Shown here piece after piece: positions 41,157 to 52,384 of a stretch of 64,000 bases of DNA; the first letter of the stretch is position 1, and every line of letters begins with the position of its first letter. A program made the position numbers and the translations under genes. Location: positions 56,236,001 to 56,300,000 of the forward strand of contig NC_086097.1 in assembly GCF_963921235.1 (NCBI RefSeq), written 5' to 3'. The DNA comes from Mobula hypostoma (taxonomy: Eukaryota). A model generated the notes under the pieces. That model worked only from the letters and a program-made list of their open reading frames with translations. It was not told the origin of the DNA and searched no databases.

Positions 41157-41730
41157 GTGGTAATATTCATCCTGTAGCCACAAACTACTTGAAAGAACAA
41201 AAGCACTTACTGTTCATTTGTTTGCGGCATTTCATTAAATATTATGCAATTAACTGGAATATGGGTACAGAGAGACCTAACCTCTATTCCAGGAATTCAT
41301 GATTATAGAAGATACTGATTACTACTCAGGTAGAAAGCTGTCCGAGCGATTATCCGCTGGTATACTGTTGAACTAACAACACTGTCTGAGGGCATTATGG
41401 CCAACACAACCACCCCTGATTCTATCCTGTGTGAACATCCAAAGCTGCACAGTTTGGCAGCTTGATGCCAGAACTTTGACTGACCTTGCCTCTTTAACTC
41501 AGACGCAACGTAATTTGCAAATCTTGCTTAGGGAAGCAAAAATCATTTTGTTACATTATAATTGTTGCACGTATAAAACATACATTTTGTTAATAAATAG
41601 ATCCCTGACATTTGATCATATTAATTATTTTAGAAGTAAGCGTCAGTGTTATTTGAGTAATTGAGAAATGGCTGCAGAGAGATGGGGAATCAATTAGCAT
41701 TTACTGCAGCTGCAGTGGTTTTTCCAGTGT

Positions 41731-41749
41731 GGGCCAGCAGGGGGCAACA
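41731..41749 (+). promoter_or_regulatory. CTCF-binding motif
   Basis: GGGCCAGCAGGGGGCAACA matches the CTCF core GGCCASYAGRGGGCR. Confidence 0.5.
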
Positions 41750-41934
41750 GGAAGACAGCTTTGTGCAAATGGTGCAATGAGCTTTCTGCTCCAGAGAAAA
41801 CACCGCAGAACCATAAATTAACTCTTCTTAAAGTGGCCAATAACTGTAGTTAATGAAGCTCAAATAATTGAAATTATGGAACCACTGCAATAACTGCAAG
41901 AACCATAACCTTTATCTGTTGAAAAAGAGTAAGG

Positions 41935-42128
41935 CACACAAAATGCCGGAGGAACTCAGCAGGCCGGCAGCATCTATGGAAAGGAATAAAGAATCAACAT
42001 TTTGGGCTAAGACTCTTCATCAGGGCAGCTGTGATGAAGAGTCTCAGCCCAAAATGTCGACTCTTTATTCCTCCAGCTCTTTTTGTGTGTTACTCTGGAT
42101 TTCCAGCATCTGTAGAATCTCGTGTTTA
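41935..42128. mobile_element. Fold-back element made of two inverted Penelope 3' termini
   Basis: GGAATAAAGAATCAACATTTTGGGCTAAGACTCTTCATCA pairs with TGATGAAGAGTCTCAGCCCAAAATGTCGACTCTTTATTCC. Confidence 0.75.
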
Positions 42129-43395
42129 TGCTCTGTTGAAATGAGTATAGCTTTGGTGTAACTTGATTATTATGATCTTAAGGTATTGTATAAACAACAC
42201 TAATGGGACAAAACAGTTACTGGATTAAGAAGTAAAACAAATCCTATCACAAGCAGAGACCCAAGAAAAAACGTTTACAACCAAAGAAGTCATTTCTGGT
42301 GGAAATCACTGTGGCAAGGTCATATTAAATAAAAACAGAAAATGCTGGAAATCCTCAGCAGGTCAGGCTGTATCTGTGGAAAGAGAAACAGAGTTTATAT
42401 TTCAAGTCAAACAGTCAGGGTTGAAAGGGAGACAGAAGAAACTTGTAAAGCTGCAGTGAGGGTGAAGAAAGGGCTGCTTCTGCAAGGGTGAAAACAGGAT
42501 GACAATGGGGGATAAATTGCAAACAAGTGCAATGAAGGAATGGGAGCATTTAAAACATGAGTTAATAGGCAAAAGACTGAAATCAAAACAAAAACAAATC
42601 TGAAACAAAAAAACGAACAGAAAATAATGACAATACGCTTTCCGCAAAAGTAGCCAGATCTATATTAAAGTGTTAGCCTAGATCATGTGCTTCAGTGCTT
42701 GAAATGTTGAAATATAGGATTACTGCCATAAAAACAAGGAAAAGCCCACATGGTCCCTCGCACTTGTTCCACCCAACTGACCTCCATGTTGAGCGCCCTT
42801 TCCCTCCTGATCCCCATATTCCCAAATCCTCTCCGTGCCCTCCAAAAATTGATTAATCTCATCCTCAATTACACACATTGACTGAGCACCCACACTTTTC
42901 TGAGGAAGTCTCAAACCTCTGAATGGGGAATTCCTATCCTATCTCAATCCTATATCACCAGTCCATCGTCCAATGTCCATAATCCTAGTCTCACTAGCAG
43001 GGAAACTATGTTAAGTTGACACACCAGTATGTAGAAGTTGAAATCTTTTTCATCCCAGGAAACCATTGAGTGAACATCTATTGTGATCGCTCTAAAGCAA
43101 ATATTTTGCCATGATTCAATGTTATCTATTAAGTTCCCCATTTTTTTTATATCTAATGCATCTTTTCTTGCACTTAACTAGAACTATATAAAGAGAGATG
43201 GCTGCATCTACCAAACATGTTGACTGGTAAAGTAGTCCTGCAATAGGAAGTTGATAGGTCTGATACTTCAATGGAAGAGAAGAGATGAGCTAAAAAAAAC
43301 ACTAAAGAATGTTCATATAAACATTCTGAGTTACTATTTGCATCTAGTTGATGTTTATATAATGTTGATTTGAAAAGTATGACCCAATTTAGCTA

Positions 43396-43626
43396 AGATT
43401 AGATTATGAGGACACACAGTCCTCTTTTATTGTCATTTAGTAATGCATGCATTAAGAAATGATACAATGTTCCTCCAGAATGATATCACAGAAACACAAG
43501 ACAAACCAAGACTAAAAAAACTGACAAAAACCACATAATTATAACATATAGTTACAACAGTGCAAAGCAGTACCGTAATTTGATGAAGAACAGACCATGG
43601 GCATGGTAAAAAAAAGTCTCAAAGTT
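43396..43626 (-). mobile_element. Non-coding retroposon, family A, copy 4 (5'-truncated)
   Basis: Matches only the 3'-most ~230 bp of the other copies and keeps the AATCT tail. Confidence 0.82.
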
Positions 43627-44027
43627 CAGTCTTTTCCATGGTAGCACTCAGCCAAAGGTATTCCATTATTCCACGCAGACAGAAATAACATGACAGTGTA
43701 ACCCGAATCACGCACAGTTGAAGCAGTCCACCTATGCAAAGGCTGGGAGATTCCACTTTGATACTGAGTACCTCAGTGATGCACAAAGTTTGGGAAAACT
43801 GGAAGCTCAGTGCATTGGCAGAGGCAAACGTCTAACACAAAATGGCAGGAAGTGCTCAACAACTCCTGTCATAGCTACTATCAAAGAGTTAGCCCATAGC
43901 TCAGGCCCCCCTTCTTCAAAGATTGCTCAGAAGTAATTCCTGTTTCATAAAACCATGCTGAAATTAGTTAATTATTCTGTTATTTTCCAAATACCTGTTA
44001 CCATTTCCGTAGTAATATGTTGTAGTA

Positions 44028-44357
44028 CGAGGGGTGATTGATAAGTTTGTGGCCTAAGGTAGAAGGAGTCAATTTTAGAAAACGTAGCACATTTATTTTT
44101 CCTACATTTACACACTTAGTCCAGCGGTCATGGAGCATATAGATCCCTTCTTTGTAGAAGTCGGTGTCTTGGACCTCCAGAAATGGTTCACAGCAGGGCT
44201 GATTGATAAGTTTGTGGCCTAGGGTAGAAGGACATGAGTTATTAACTTCAAACTTGCTGCATTTTCACTCAAACAATTGAACTGCATGTGCACGTAACAA
44301 GAGCTGTATAACTCATCTCCTTCTACCCAAGGCCACAAACTTACCAATCACCCCTTG
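44028..44357. mobile_element. Mariner-type MITE
   Basis: TA|CGAGGGGTGATTGATAAGTTTGTGGCCTAAGGTAGAAGGAG ... CTCCTTCTACCCAAGGCCACAAACTTACCAATCACCCCTTG|TA. Confidence 0.9.
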
Positions 44358-44579
44358 TATTATGCCTACAACTAATCACCTGTAGTTTCTGTGCTCTCTC
44401 TCTCCCTCCCTCCCTCCCTCCCCCACCTTTAGAACCATTTTCTGTCTTTTATTTCTACAAATATCATCAGAGGGAAGCAAGTCCCAGCATCCAATCTATC
44501 AGCTGCCAACTTTCAGAAAACCTGTGATGTTTTGGACTTCCAGCATCTGCAGACCTTCTCATGTTTATAAAATCTGGAA

Positions 44580-46430
44580 GTTGGCCAATAGATTCAGACG
44601 ATATGTCATCTTATAATCCTCAAAAATTCCAGTACATTTTCTTTACTAATATTATTCCTTCAAATTAGTCTTAAGTCCCAGTGTATTATCAACATCAATA
44701 GATATGAAGCAGGCAAACTACATTACCATTTTACAATTTCTCTTGTTCTCGCCAAAGGACTCATATTTATTGCCATTAATCTCCTTCTTTTTATACAATT
44801 GTAAAAGCTGTTGCATTTTTTCATGTTCAATCTTCCTTCCTTTCATTAATCTCTTAGTCATTCTTCACTGATTTTCAAAATCCAATTTACAAGCTTATTA
44901 TCCTTTACACCTCTTTTTGGCAACATTAGTTGAATTTTGAGAAAAATATTTTTTTGGAAACTCTTTTTCTCTTTTAACCTCAGAATATCATTAAATTCTT
45001 TAGTTAGTCACAGCTCCATCATCATTCCAGATTTCCATCCTCAAGAGTATGTATATTCCCCAAGAATTATGAATCATATCTGTGTGTGATTATTATTGCT
45101 TATCTTCTGCCATTTAATGTGATGCAGAACTGTTCACATTCTTCTGCAGTAAAATCAGCCATGGGTTTCTAAGCTGGACCTGTCATAGATGACAAAAGCA
45201 AAAACAGACAAATGGAAAAGATCCAAGAATTAATAAAAAATGACAAAATGGCTGTTTGTCTAAGATGACAGAAAAAAAGGAAGTAAGAAACAAACTTGCA
45301 ACGAATTTCAAAGTCAATACAAAAGAAAATTAGTCAAAAATATGCTAGGATGATATTACAGGAAAGAAGGCAGTCAAGGGCAATGAGGCTCCTTAAAAAT
45401 AATGCAAATGAAATAAAGAACTGACAATATATTGGAGCATTATGCTATCGCAATACTTACAGTGCAGGAAAACAATAACAAGCAGGATATACCAAGGTAA
45501 CTAATATTAAGCAAAAAAAAGATTAATCTTATAAAAAGGATTAACCATTGCCAGAACCATAAAAATTCCAAATCCAAGCTTTAAAGGAATTAGGTTAGAA
45601 TATTATTCATGTCTCAAAAAAAACTTCTCAAGATTTTAAAACTGTTCCTTTTCACAAGAGGATCCTATGTTTCATCACTCTATAAGAAGCAGGGAAACAA
45701 GGGCGTAACAGACCAGTTATCCTAACAACATATGTTGATAAATTCTATAATTAATATAATGGCAATTGAAGATGTTGATAATTCTCAGCTGATCGGAGAA
45801 ATACTCAGCATGAATTTGTAAAGTGTACAGAATTTTCACAAGAAATGACTGATATTGAGGATCGATCTTTGTCTATGAATCTTATTCCTAAAGAAACTTG
45901 ATCATGTTCTTTTAATGGACAAATTAAACGGAAGCTTATGAAATTGAAGAAAACATATTGACCTGTTTAGGAAATTGGCTGAGTGTCAGAAGATTGAGAT
46001 TAAAGCTATTGTAGTTAAATTTAAGGTTATCATCTTGGAGGTGATAAGGATACAACAGACGGCTTTTTAAATAATGTATTGATAGTAAAAGTGGAAATCC
46101 AAATACATAATGAACAAGACAGAAAATATTTGAATAAGCTAATAATATCCTACATTTATGTCCGAAGGATAATAATACAAAGGTGTAGAAATTATGCTGC
46201 AACAGTACAAACCATTGGGTAGGTTAAATACTATGGGGAGTTCTAGACACCACATCTTGGGAGGGATAACAGGCCTTCAAGGGAGATCAAAGTATAAATT
46301 ATCCAACAAAATAAGCTACATGAATAAATTACTCAGGGTCATGTTGTAACTCTTCGATATTTGAAATTCAGTAAGTCATTCAGGAACCTGATGAGGTAGG
46401 TAATTGCAGACTCTAGGAACTAAGGACAAC
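44580..46430. mobile_element. Very old, degenerate CR1-like fragments
   Basis: Only remnant motifs are recognisable (cagaccagttatcctaaca, cagcatgaatttgtaaag, gtacaaaccattgggtagg). No ORF. Confidence 0.45.
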
Positions 46431-46439
46431 GTACAGAGG

Positions 46440-46757
46440 AAGGGCATTTGGTCACTGAGCCTTCACGAAATCGCCATCAGTCCCACTGCCCTACTTATTA
46501 CCTGTGTTATGTTCTTTCTTCACACCTATCAACAAGGAATTTGCCTACTCTCCACCTACACTGAGGATAATTTACAGTAGCATTGTTTGAGATCGGACTG
46601 GGAGGTGGGGGGGGGGTGTTGTGGTAGAAACCAGAGCATCCATGGAAACCAGTAAATGTGCAAGCCCCACACATTCAGCACTCAAAGTCAGGGTCAAACC
46701 AGAGTCCGCAGATCGGTGCAGCAGCAGCGTTAACTGATGCATCTCTGTGCTGCCCTG
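46440..46757 (-). mobile_element. V-SINE/HE1-like tRNA-derived SINE, degenerate
   Basis: Minus strand starts GGGCAGCACAGAGATGCATCAGTT, has a B-box-like GGTTTGACCCTG, and a V-domain-like TGTGTGGGGCTTGCACAT...GGTTTCCATGGATGCTCTGGTTTC. Confidence 0.6.
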
Positions 46758-47476
46758 GAATTAATAGAAGCTGACAAAATCAATAGCCATCACTTTGCTA
46801 CCTCAGCTAAGTCTGAAAACCACTGCACAACTGTGCGTGAATCTTTGCTGTTCAGTAGTTTCCTTCAAATTTATCTGCTATTTTTCTAACACTCCTTGGA
46901 GAAATGCATTCGTCCACATCTTCACAGAGCACTTGCCTTCTGCCCTGTGTGTCAAATCCATTATCATACTGTATGAATGATGAATTGAAGTAGTCACATC
47001 TTGAAAGATTTGATTGTTTTCATCAGTGGTTTGGGATTGAGGACATTGAACTGTATGTCAAGTGGTGGCTTTGTGTCAGAAACAGTGTGATCATTACTCG
47101 AATGTCAGGTAAGATTTCTAGTTTATCCTTAATGAACTCTCAGTTGTCATGAGTAAGCTCAGCATGATGAAGAATTGCTTCCGTCCAGCTACTACTAGCT
47201 GAGGACACAGGGCCACTTTATCAGCGTCAGTGTGTAGTTTTTCAGCCAACACAAGACTTTGGAATGCAATTGGTGAACTGTGCGGCCCGAATTAAATTTT
47301 TATTGAAGCACTGTATTTGCAAAATCTAGAGAAATAAGTATGTTACTAACTGTTACATACACAGTATTATTTATTGATTAAAATGGGAAGGTGGTTGAGA
47401 AACAGAAATAAGAGTACATAGCTTTATGTTAGCTCTGTATTATTAAGTGTTAACTGGTAAATGGAAAGACATAATA

Positions 47477-47543
47477 CAGTACTGTGCAAAAGTCTCAGGC
47501 ACTCTAGCTATATATATGTGCCTAAAACTTCTGCACATTATTG
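47477..47543. mobile_element. Miniature Tc1-type MITE (67 bp)
   Basis: TA|CAGTACTGTGCAAAAGTCTCAGGCAC ... GTGCCTAAAACTTCTGCACATTATTG, an imperfect inverted repeat. Confidence 0.65.
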
Positions 47544-49016
47544 TGTGTATATATACATATATAATGCATATGTGAAATATATATATATATGAAATTACTT
47601 AATTATTGCTTTAGAACTCATCCTCTGCTTGAGTGAAATGTCACAAACCTGGATAGACAAATTATTTCAACATTTCTCACAAACGTAATGACAGCTCGCA
47701 ACGCTGTTGAATAATTCATAGCTTCAAGAGTAGCACTGTCCAAAAGAAATGCCTGCATCTTCATAAGCCACGTAACTGAGGCACAGCAGCAAATGCAGTA
47801 TCTTAGTCATCAGCTGACTCATCAGACACAAAACCTGCAGAGGAATCTTTCTTCATTTGTTCTGTCGGTTTCTTTTTAGTGAACGTCGGCCACGCTCAGA
47901 GTGTAACCCTTGCAAAGAAAGAGGAACTATAAACATAAGAGGTCCTGCAGATGCTGGAAATCTTGAACAAAATGGCACAGGAACTCAGTGGGTCAGGCAG
48001 CATCTGTGCAGGGGAATAAACAGTCGATGTGTTGGGCTGAGGCCCTTCATCAGGACTGGGAGAGAAGAGGGAAGAAGCCAGAATAAAAACTGGCGGGGGG
48101 GGGGGTGTAGAAGAAGGAGTACAAGCTGGCAGGTGATAGATGATACCAGCTGAGGAGGAAGGTGGGTGGGTGGGTGCCGGGGAGTGGGAGGTTGATGAAG
48201 TAAGAAAAATGGTGGGGATACTGTGGGTGGAAGAGGTGAAGGGCTGAGGAAGAAAGAATCTCATAGCTGTGGACCATGGAAGAAAGGGAAGGATCGGGGA
48301 ACCAGAATGAGGTGATGGGCAGGTGAGGAGACCAGAAGGGGTGAGAGGATATGAGGAATGGACAAGAGAGGGGGAAAGGGGGAGATACTTCCAGAAGTTA
48401 GATAAATCAATGTTCATGTCAGCAGTTTGGTGGCTACCCAGACAGAATATGAGGTGTTGCTCGTTCAACCCGAGCATGGCCTCATCGTGACAGTAGAGGA
48501 GGCCTTCGACTGACATGTCAGAATGGGAAGTCAAATTAAAATGGATAGCCACCCGGAGATCCTGCATTTGGCAGTGGACAGAGTGAAGAAAGTGAACAAA
48601 GCAGCCCCCCAGTCTGCGTCAGGTCTCACCGATGTAGAGAAGGCCACACCAGGAGCTCTGAATACAATAGATGATCTTGACTGACTCGCAGTTAAGATGT
48701 TGTCCACACCTGGAAGGACTCCTGGGGCCCTGAATGGTGATGAGGAGGAGGTATAACACTTGAGATGTTTGCAGGGATAAAAGTCCGGAGGGAAATCAGT
48801 GGAGAGCAGTCCCTACAGAGAGCAGTGGGGGGTGGGGGGGGCGCGTAAGATATGCTTAGTGGTAGGATCCCAGTGCAGATGGTAGAAGTTACGGAGAATT
48901 ATGTGCTGGATACAGAGGCTGGGGGATGTAGTAGATAAGGAGAAGGGGAACCCTATCCCTGTTAGGGTGGGAGGTTAGTGTAGTAGATAAGAGAAAGAGA
49001 ACTCTATCTCTGTTAG

Positions 49017-49256
49017 TCCAGCTCTTAGCTTCATCCCTCCCCCTCCTGTCTTCTCCTATCATTTTGGATCTCCCCCTCCCCCTTACACTTTCAAATCTCT
49101 TACTAGCTCTTCTTTCAGTTAGTCCTGACGAAGGGTCTCGGCCCAAAACGTCGAATGTACCTCTTCCTAGAGGTGCTGCCTGGCCTGCTGCGTTCGCCAG
49201 CAACTTTGATGTGTGTTGCTTGAACTTCCAGCATCTGCAGATTTCCTCGTGTTTGC
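49017..49256 (+). mobile_element. Young antisense Penelope 3' terminus nested in the minisatellite
   Basis: Contains AGTCCTGACGAAGGGTCTCGGCCCAAAACGTCGA. Flanked by CTCTATC(T/C)CTGTTAG on both sides. Confidence 0.8.
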
Positions 49257-49317
49257 CTCTATCCCTGTTAGGGTGGGAGGTTAGTGTAGTAGATAAGGAG
49301 AAGGAGAATCCTATCCC

Positions 49318-50635
49318 TGTCACAAGGGGGGAGGCGTTGATGGTGGACCCAAATGCAAGACACAGACACTGAAGTACAAGGAACAGGACTTGACTAGAGT
49401 AGGGATGTGACGGGATACAGACAAGAAGCAGGGACAAGAACGCAGACGTGGGCTAGGACATGGACCAGACACAGGGAACCCGGACAAGGAACTACGAACT
49501 AGGAGCCTGGGCTTGGACTCCGAGCCAGAGACTGGACAAGGACCCAGGACCTGGGTCTTGCCTCAGACTCGGCCCCCAGAACCAGGCAAGGACATGACAT
49601 GGTTACAGGACAGGACGTGGCTGGGGTCTAGAGGCTTGAGCTTGGAGACAGGCTGGGGTCTTGAGGCTTGAGCTTGGAGACAGGCTGGGGTCTTGGAATG
49701 CAGAAGCTGATAACTAGGAGGCTGGAGCTCGGAGACAGACTGGGAACTGTACACCAACATAGAGCCGGGACTTATCCTTCAAAAAGCCGGGACTCACCTT
49801 TAACACGACACCAACATGAGGCTGGACAGAACATGGGCATAGAGCCGGGACTTATACTTAGACAAGCCGGGACTCAATTTCATCTCCACACCAAGGTGAG
49901 ACAGATCCCCCCTCAGGGCAACAGCAGAATGGCCTGACTTACCCCACGGAGGCAAGGACAAGACAAGACAGATCCCCCCGCAGGGCAATGGCACAGCAGC
50001 CTGACTTACCCCATGGAAGCAAGGACAAGACAAGACAGATCCCCCCGCAGGGCAATGGCACAGCAGCCTGACTTACCCCATGGAAGCAAGGACAAGACAA
50101 GACAGATCCCCCCGCAGGGCAACGGCACAGCAGCCTGACTTACCCCACAGAGGCGAGGACAAGAAGAGACAAACATCGAAGAACGACAGACAGTTCCATC
50201 TCTGCTTCGGGGTTGCTCCAAGTCGCAGTTACGGCCAGCGACCTCGGCTGGCTACGGAAACAGCTGGATCCCTACCTAGCTTGGAGTGGCTGATGGCTAC
50301 TCAGCTGGCCCGGGAAATGGCCGAATCCATACCGCAAAGACAGGTCCGACTACTGACAGCAAGGCTCCATGAGGTGATGGTTCCCCAACGCGGCCTAAAG
50401 ATGGCAAGTGGCTGCTCTAGCCTTCCACCAGCAGGTTGCTCCCAGGGAATCTTGACAAGACAAACCAGCAGCTCACACTCGACCCCAAGGCCACTTATAT
50501 TCCAAGCCCCAAGATGGGAATCAGGTGCCTATGATTAACTCAACCAAAACAAGGGACAGCTGGAAGACCCGGAGTCCTGAGTCCACGGACCAGACCGTGA
50601 ACCAGAATGCAGACTTCACGGACCGGACCATGACA
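49318..50635 (-). mobile_element. Solo-LTR-like element (TGTCA...TGACA) with 6-bp TSD TATCCC
   Basis: Inverted termini TGTCA/TGACA. TATCCC at 49312-49317 and 50636-50641. TATA-like AATATAAG on the minus strand. No coding capacity. Confidence 0.75.
49899..50165. repeat. 67-bp tandem repeat (~4 copies) inside the LTR-like element
   Basis: Unit GACAAGACAAGACAGATCCCCCCGCAGGGCAATGGCACAGCAGCCTGACTTACCCCATGGAAGCAAG. Confidence 0.9.
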
Positions 50636-51366
50636 TATCCCTGTTAGGGTGGCTGGTTAGTGTAGTAGATAAGGAGAAGGGGAACCCTATCCCTGTTAGG
50701 GTGGCTGGTTAGTGTAGTAGATAAGAGAAAGAGAACTCTATCCCTGTTAGGGTGATTGGTTAGTGTAGTAGATAAGGAGAAGGGGAACTCTATCCCTGTT
50801 AGGGTGGTTGGTTAGTGTAGTAGATAGGAGAAGGAGAACTCTATCCCTGTTAGTGTGGCTGGTTAGTGTAGTAGATAGGGGAAGGAGAACTCTATCCCTG
50901 TTAAGGTGGGAGGTTAGTGTAGTAGATAAGAGAAAGAAAACTCTATTCCTGTTAGGGTGATTGGTTAGTGTAGTAGATAGGGGAAGGAGAACTCTACCCC
51001 TGTTAGTGTGGCTGGTTAGTGTAGTAGATAAGAAGGGGAACCCTATCCCTGTTAGGGTGGGAGGTTAGTGTAGTAGATAAGAGAAAGAAAACTATCCCTG
51101 TTAGGGTGGTTGGTTAGTGTAGTAGATAGGAGAAGGAGAACTCTATCCTTGTTAGTGTGGCTGGTTAGTGTAGTAGATAGGAGAAGGAGAACCCTATCTC
51201 TGTTAGGGTGGTTGGTTAGTGTAGTAGATAGGAGAAGGAGAACTCTATCCCTGTTAGTGTGGCTGGTTAGTGTAGTAGAGAGGAGAAGGAGAACTCTATC
51301 CCTGTTAGTGTGGCTGGTTAGTGTAGTAGATAAGAAGGGGAACCCTATCCCTATTAGGGTGGGAGG
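50636..51366. repeat. ~49-52-bp minisatellite, ~14 copies, with further units at 48925-49016 and 49257-49317
   Basis: Unit CCCTGTTAGGGTGGCTGGTTAGTGTAGTAGATAAGGAGAAGGGGAACCCTAT and variants. Confidence 0.95.
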
Positions 51367-51557
51367 TAAGAGTGACAGCACATATGCAGGAAATGGAGGA
51401 GATCTAGGTGAGGCAGCATCAATGGAAGGTAACACTATTCTTTGAAAAATGAGAATACCTCAGATGTGGTAGAATGGAAAGCCCCATCCTGCGGCAGATG
51501 AATATAAAGAAGGGATGAGCATTTTTTTTACAAGCGACAGGTTAGGAAGAGGTATAG

Positions 51558-52384
51558 GGTGGTTAAGATGGTGCCAAGTGGCTGTCTTATTGAGCTTATC
51601 TGTGGAAACAGCTTAAATTCCTCTCTTTAATGTCCCTTTTTTCCTTCTTAAGGTGGCTGGGGTTCTATCGAGGTCCCTGATCTGCAACGGCACTCAAACT
51701 GCAGTCTTTTCACAGTGGACGAGCTCCTGTCCTCGAGCTCACCAATCAACCAGCCATTTTCTGACATTTTCCAGGTGTGGCACGGAAAACACCGGAGCGC
51801 AGCCCTGTCCAGCCCCGTGGATGACCAACTCCAGGCTGGAGGTGTCACGGGAAAAGGAACATCAGGATTTCGCGGCAGCGGATGGGGCTCTCTGTAGCTG
51901 CGCGACCGCTCTCTCTCTCGATGGTGGGAAGAGTTTGCTGCCGGTTCCCGAGTCGGAATAAAAAGGCGACGCGGCAGATCGTAATGTCTTAACAGCAACT
52001 GTTAGTCTCCCCTTTCACTGTGAATTGGGTGACATCTCTCTGTCCCTGGTTAGTGAGAGAGAGCCTGTGATATGTCGAACTGTCGGGCAAACAATAGGTT
52101 TTGTCGAATGCAGATCACGGTCTCACTTTGGGGGCTTTGCTGCTGCTTGGTGGGTGGTGGTGGTGGGCGCTGATGCTTTTTGCTGGAACGGGTGGAGGGG
52201 AGAGGGAAGGTTGATGCCTTGCTGCTGCTTGGGCAGGGGAGGGGGAGAAGGAGCTCTGGAGTTCTAACATTTTTCTGTTGTTCATTCTTTTGGGGTTCTG
52301 TTTTTCATGGATGACTGCAAAGATTAAGAATTTCAGGTTGTATACTATATACGTTCTCTGATAATAAACGGAACCATTTGAACC
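51558..52384 (+). mobile_element. Non-coding retroposon, family B, copy 2
   Basis: Starts GGTGGTTAAGATGGTGCC. 52000-52350 is colinear with the reverse complement of 4110-4480. Ends ...AATAAACGGAACCATTTGAACC. Confidence 0.7.

Noticed and set aside
50636..51366. Regularly spaced repeats resembling a CRISPR array
   Set aside because: Units are contiguous with no unique spacers, there are no cas genes, the context is eukaryotic, and the unit derives from Penelope sequence.
51052..51445. ORFs with 17-aa repeats on both strands
   Set aside because: By-product of 51-bp minisatellite units, with no splice or promoter support.
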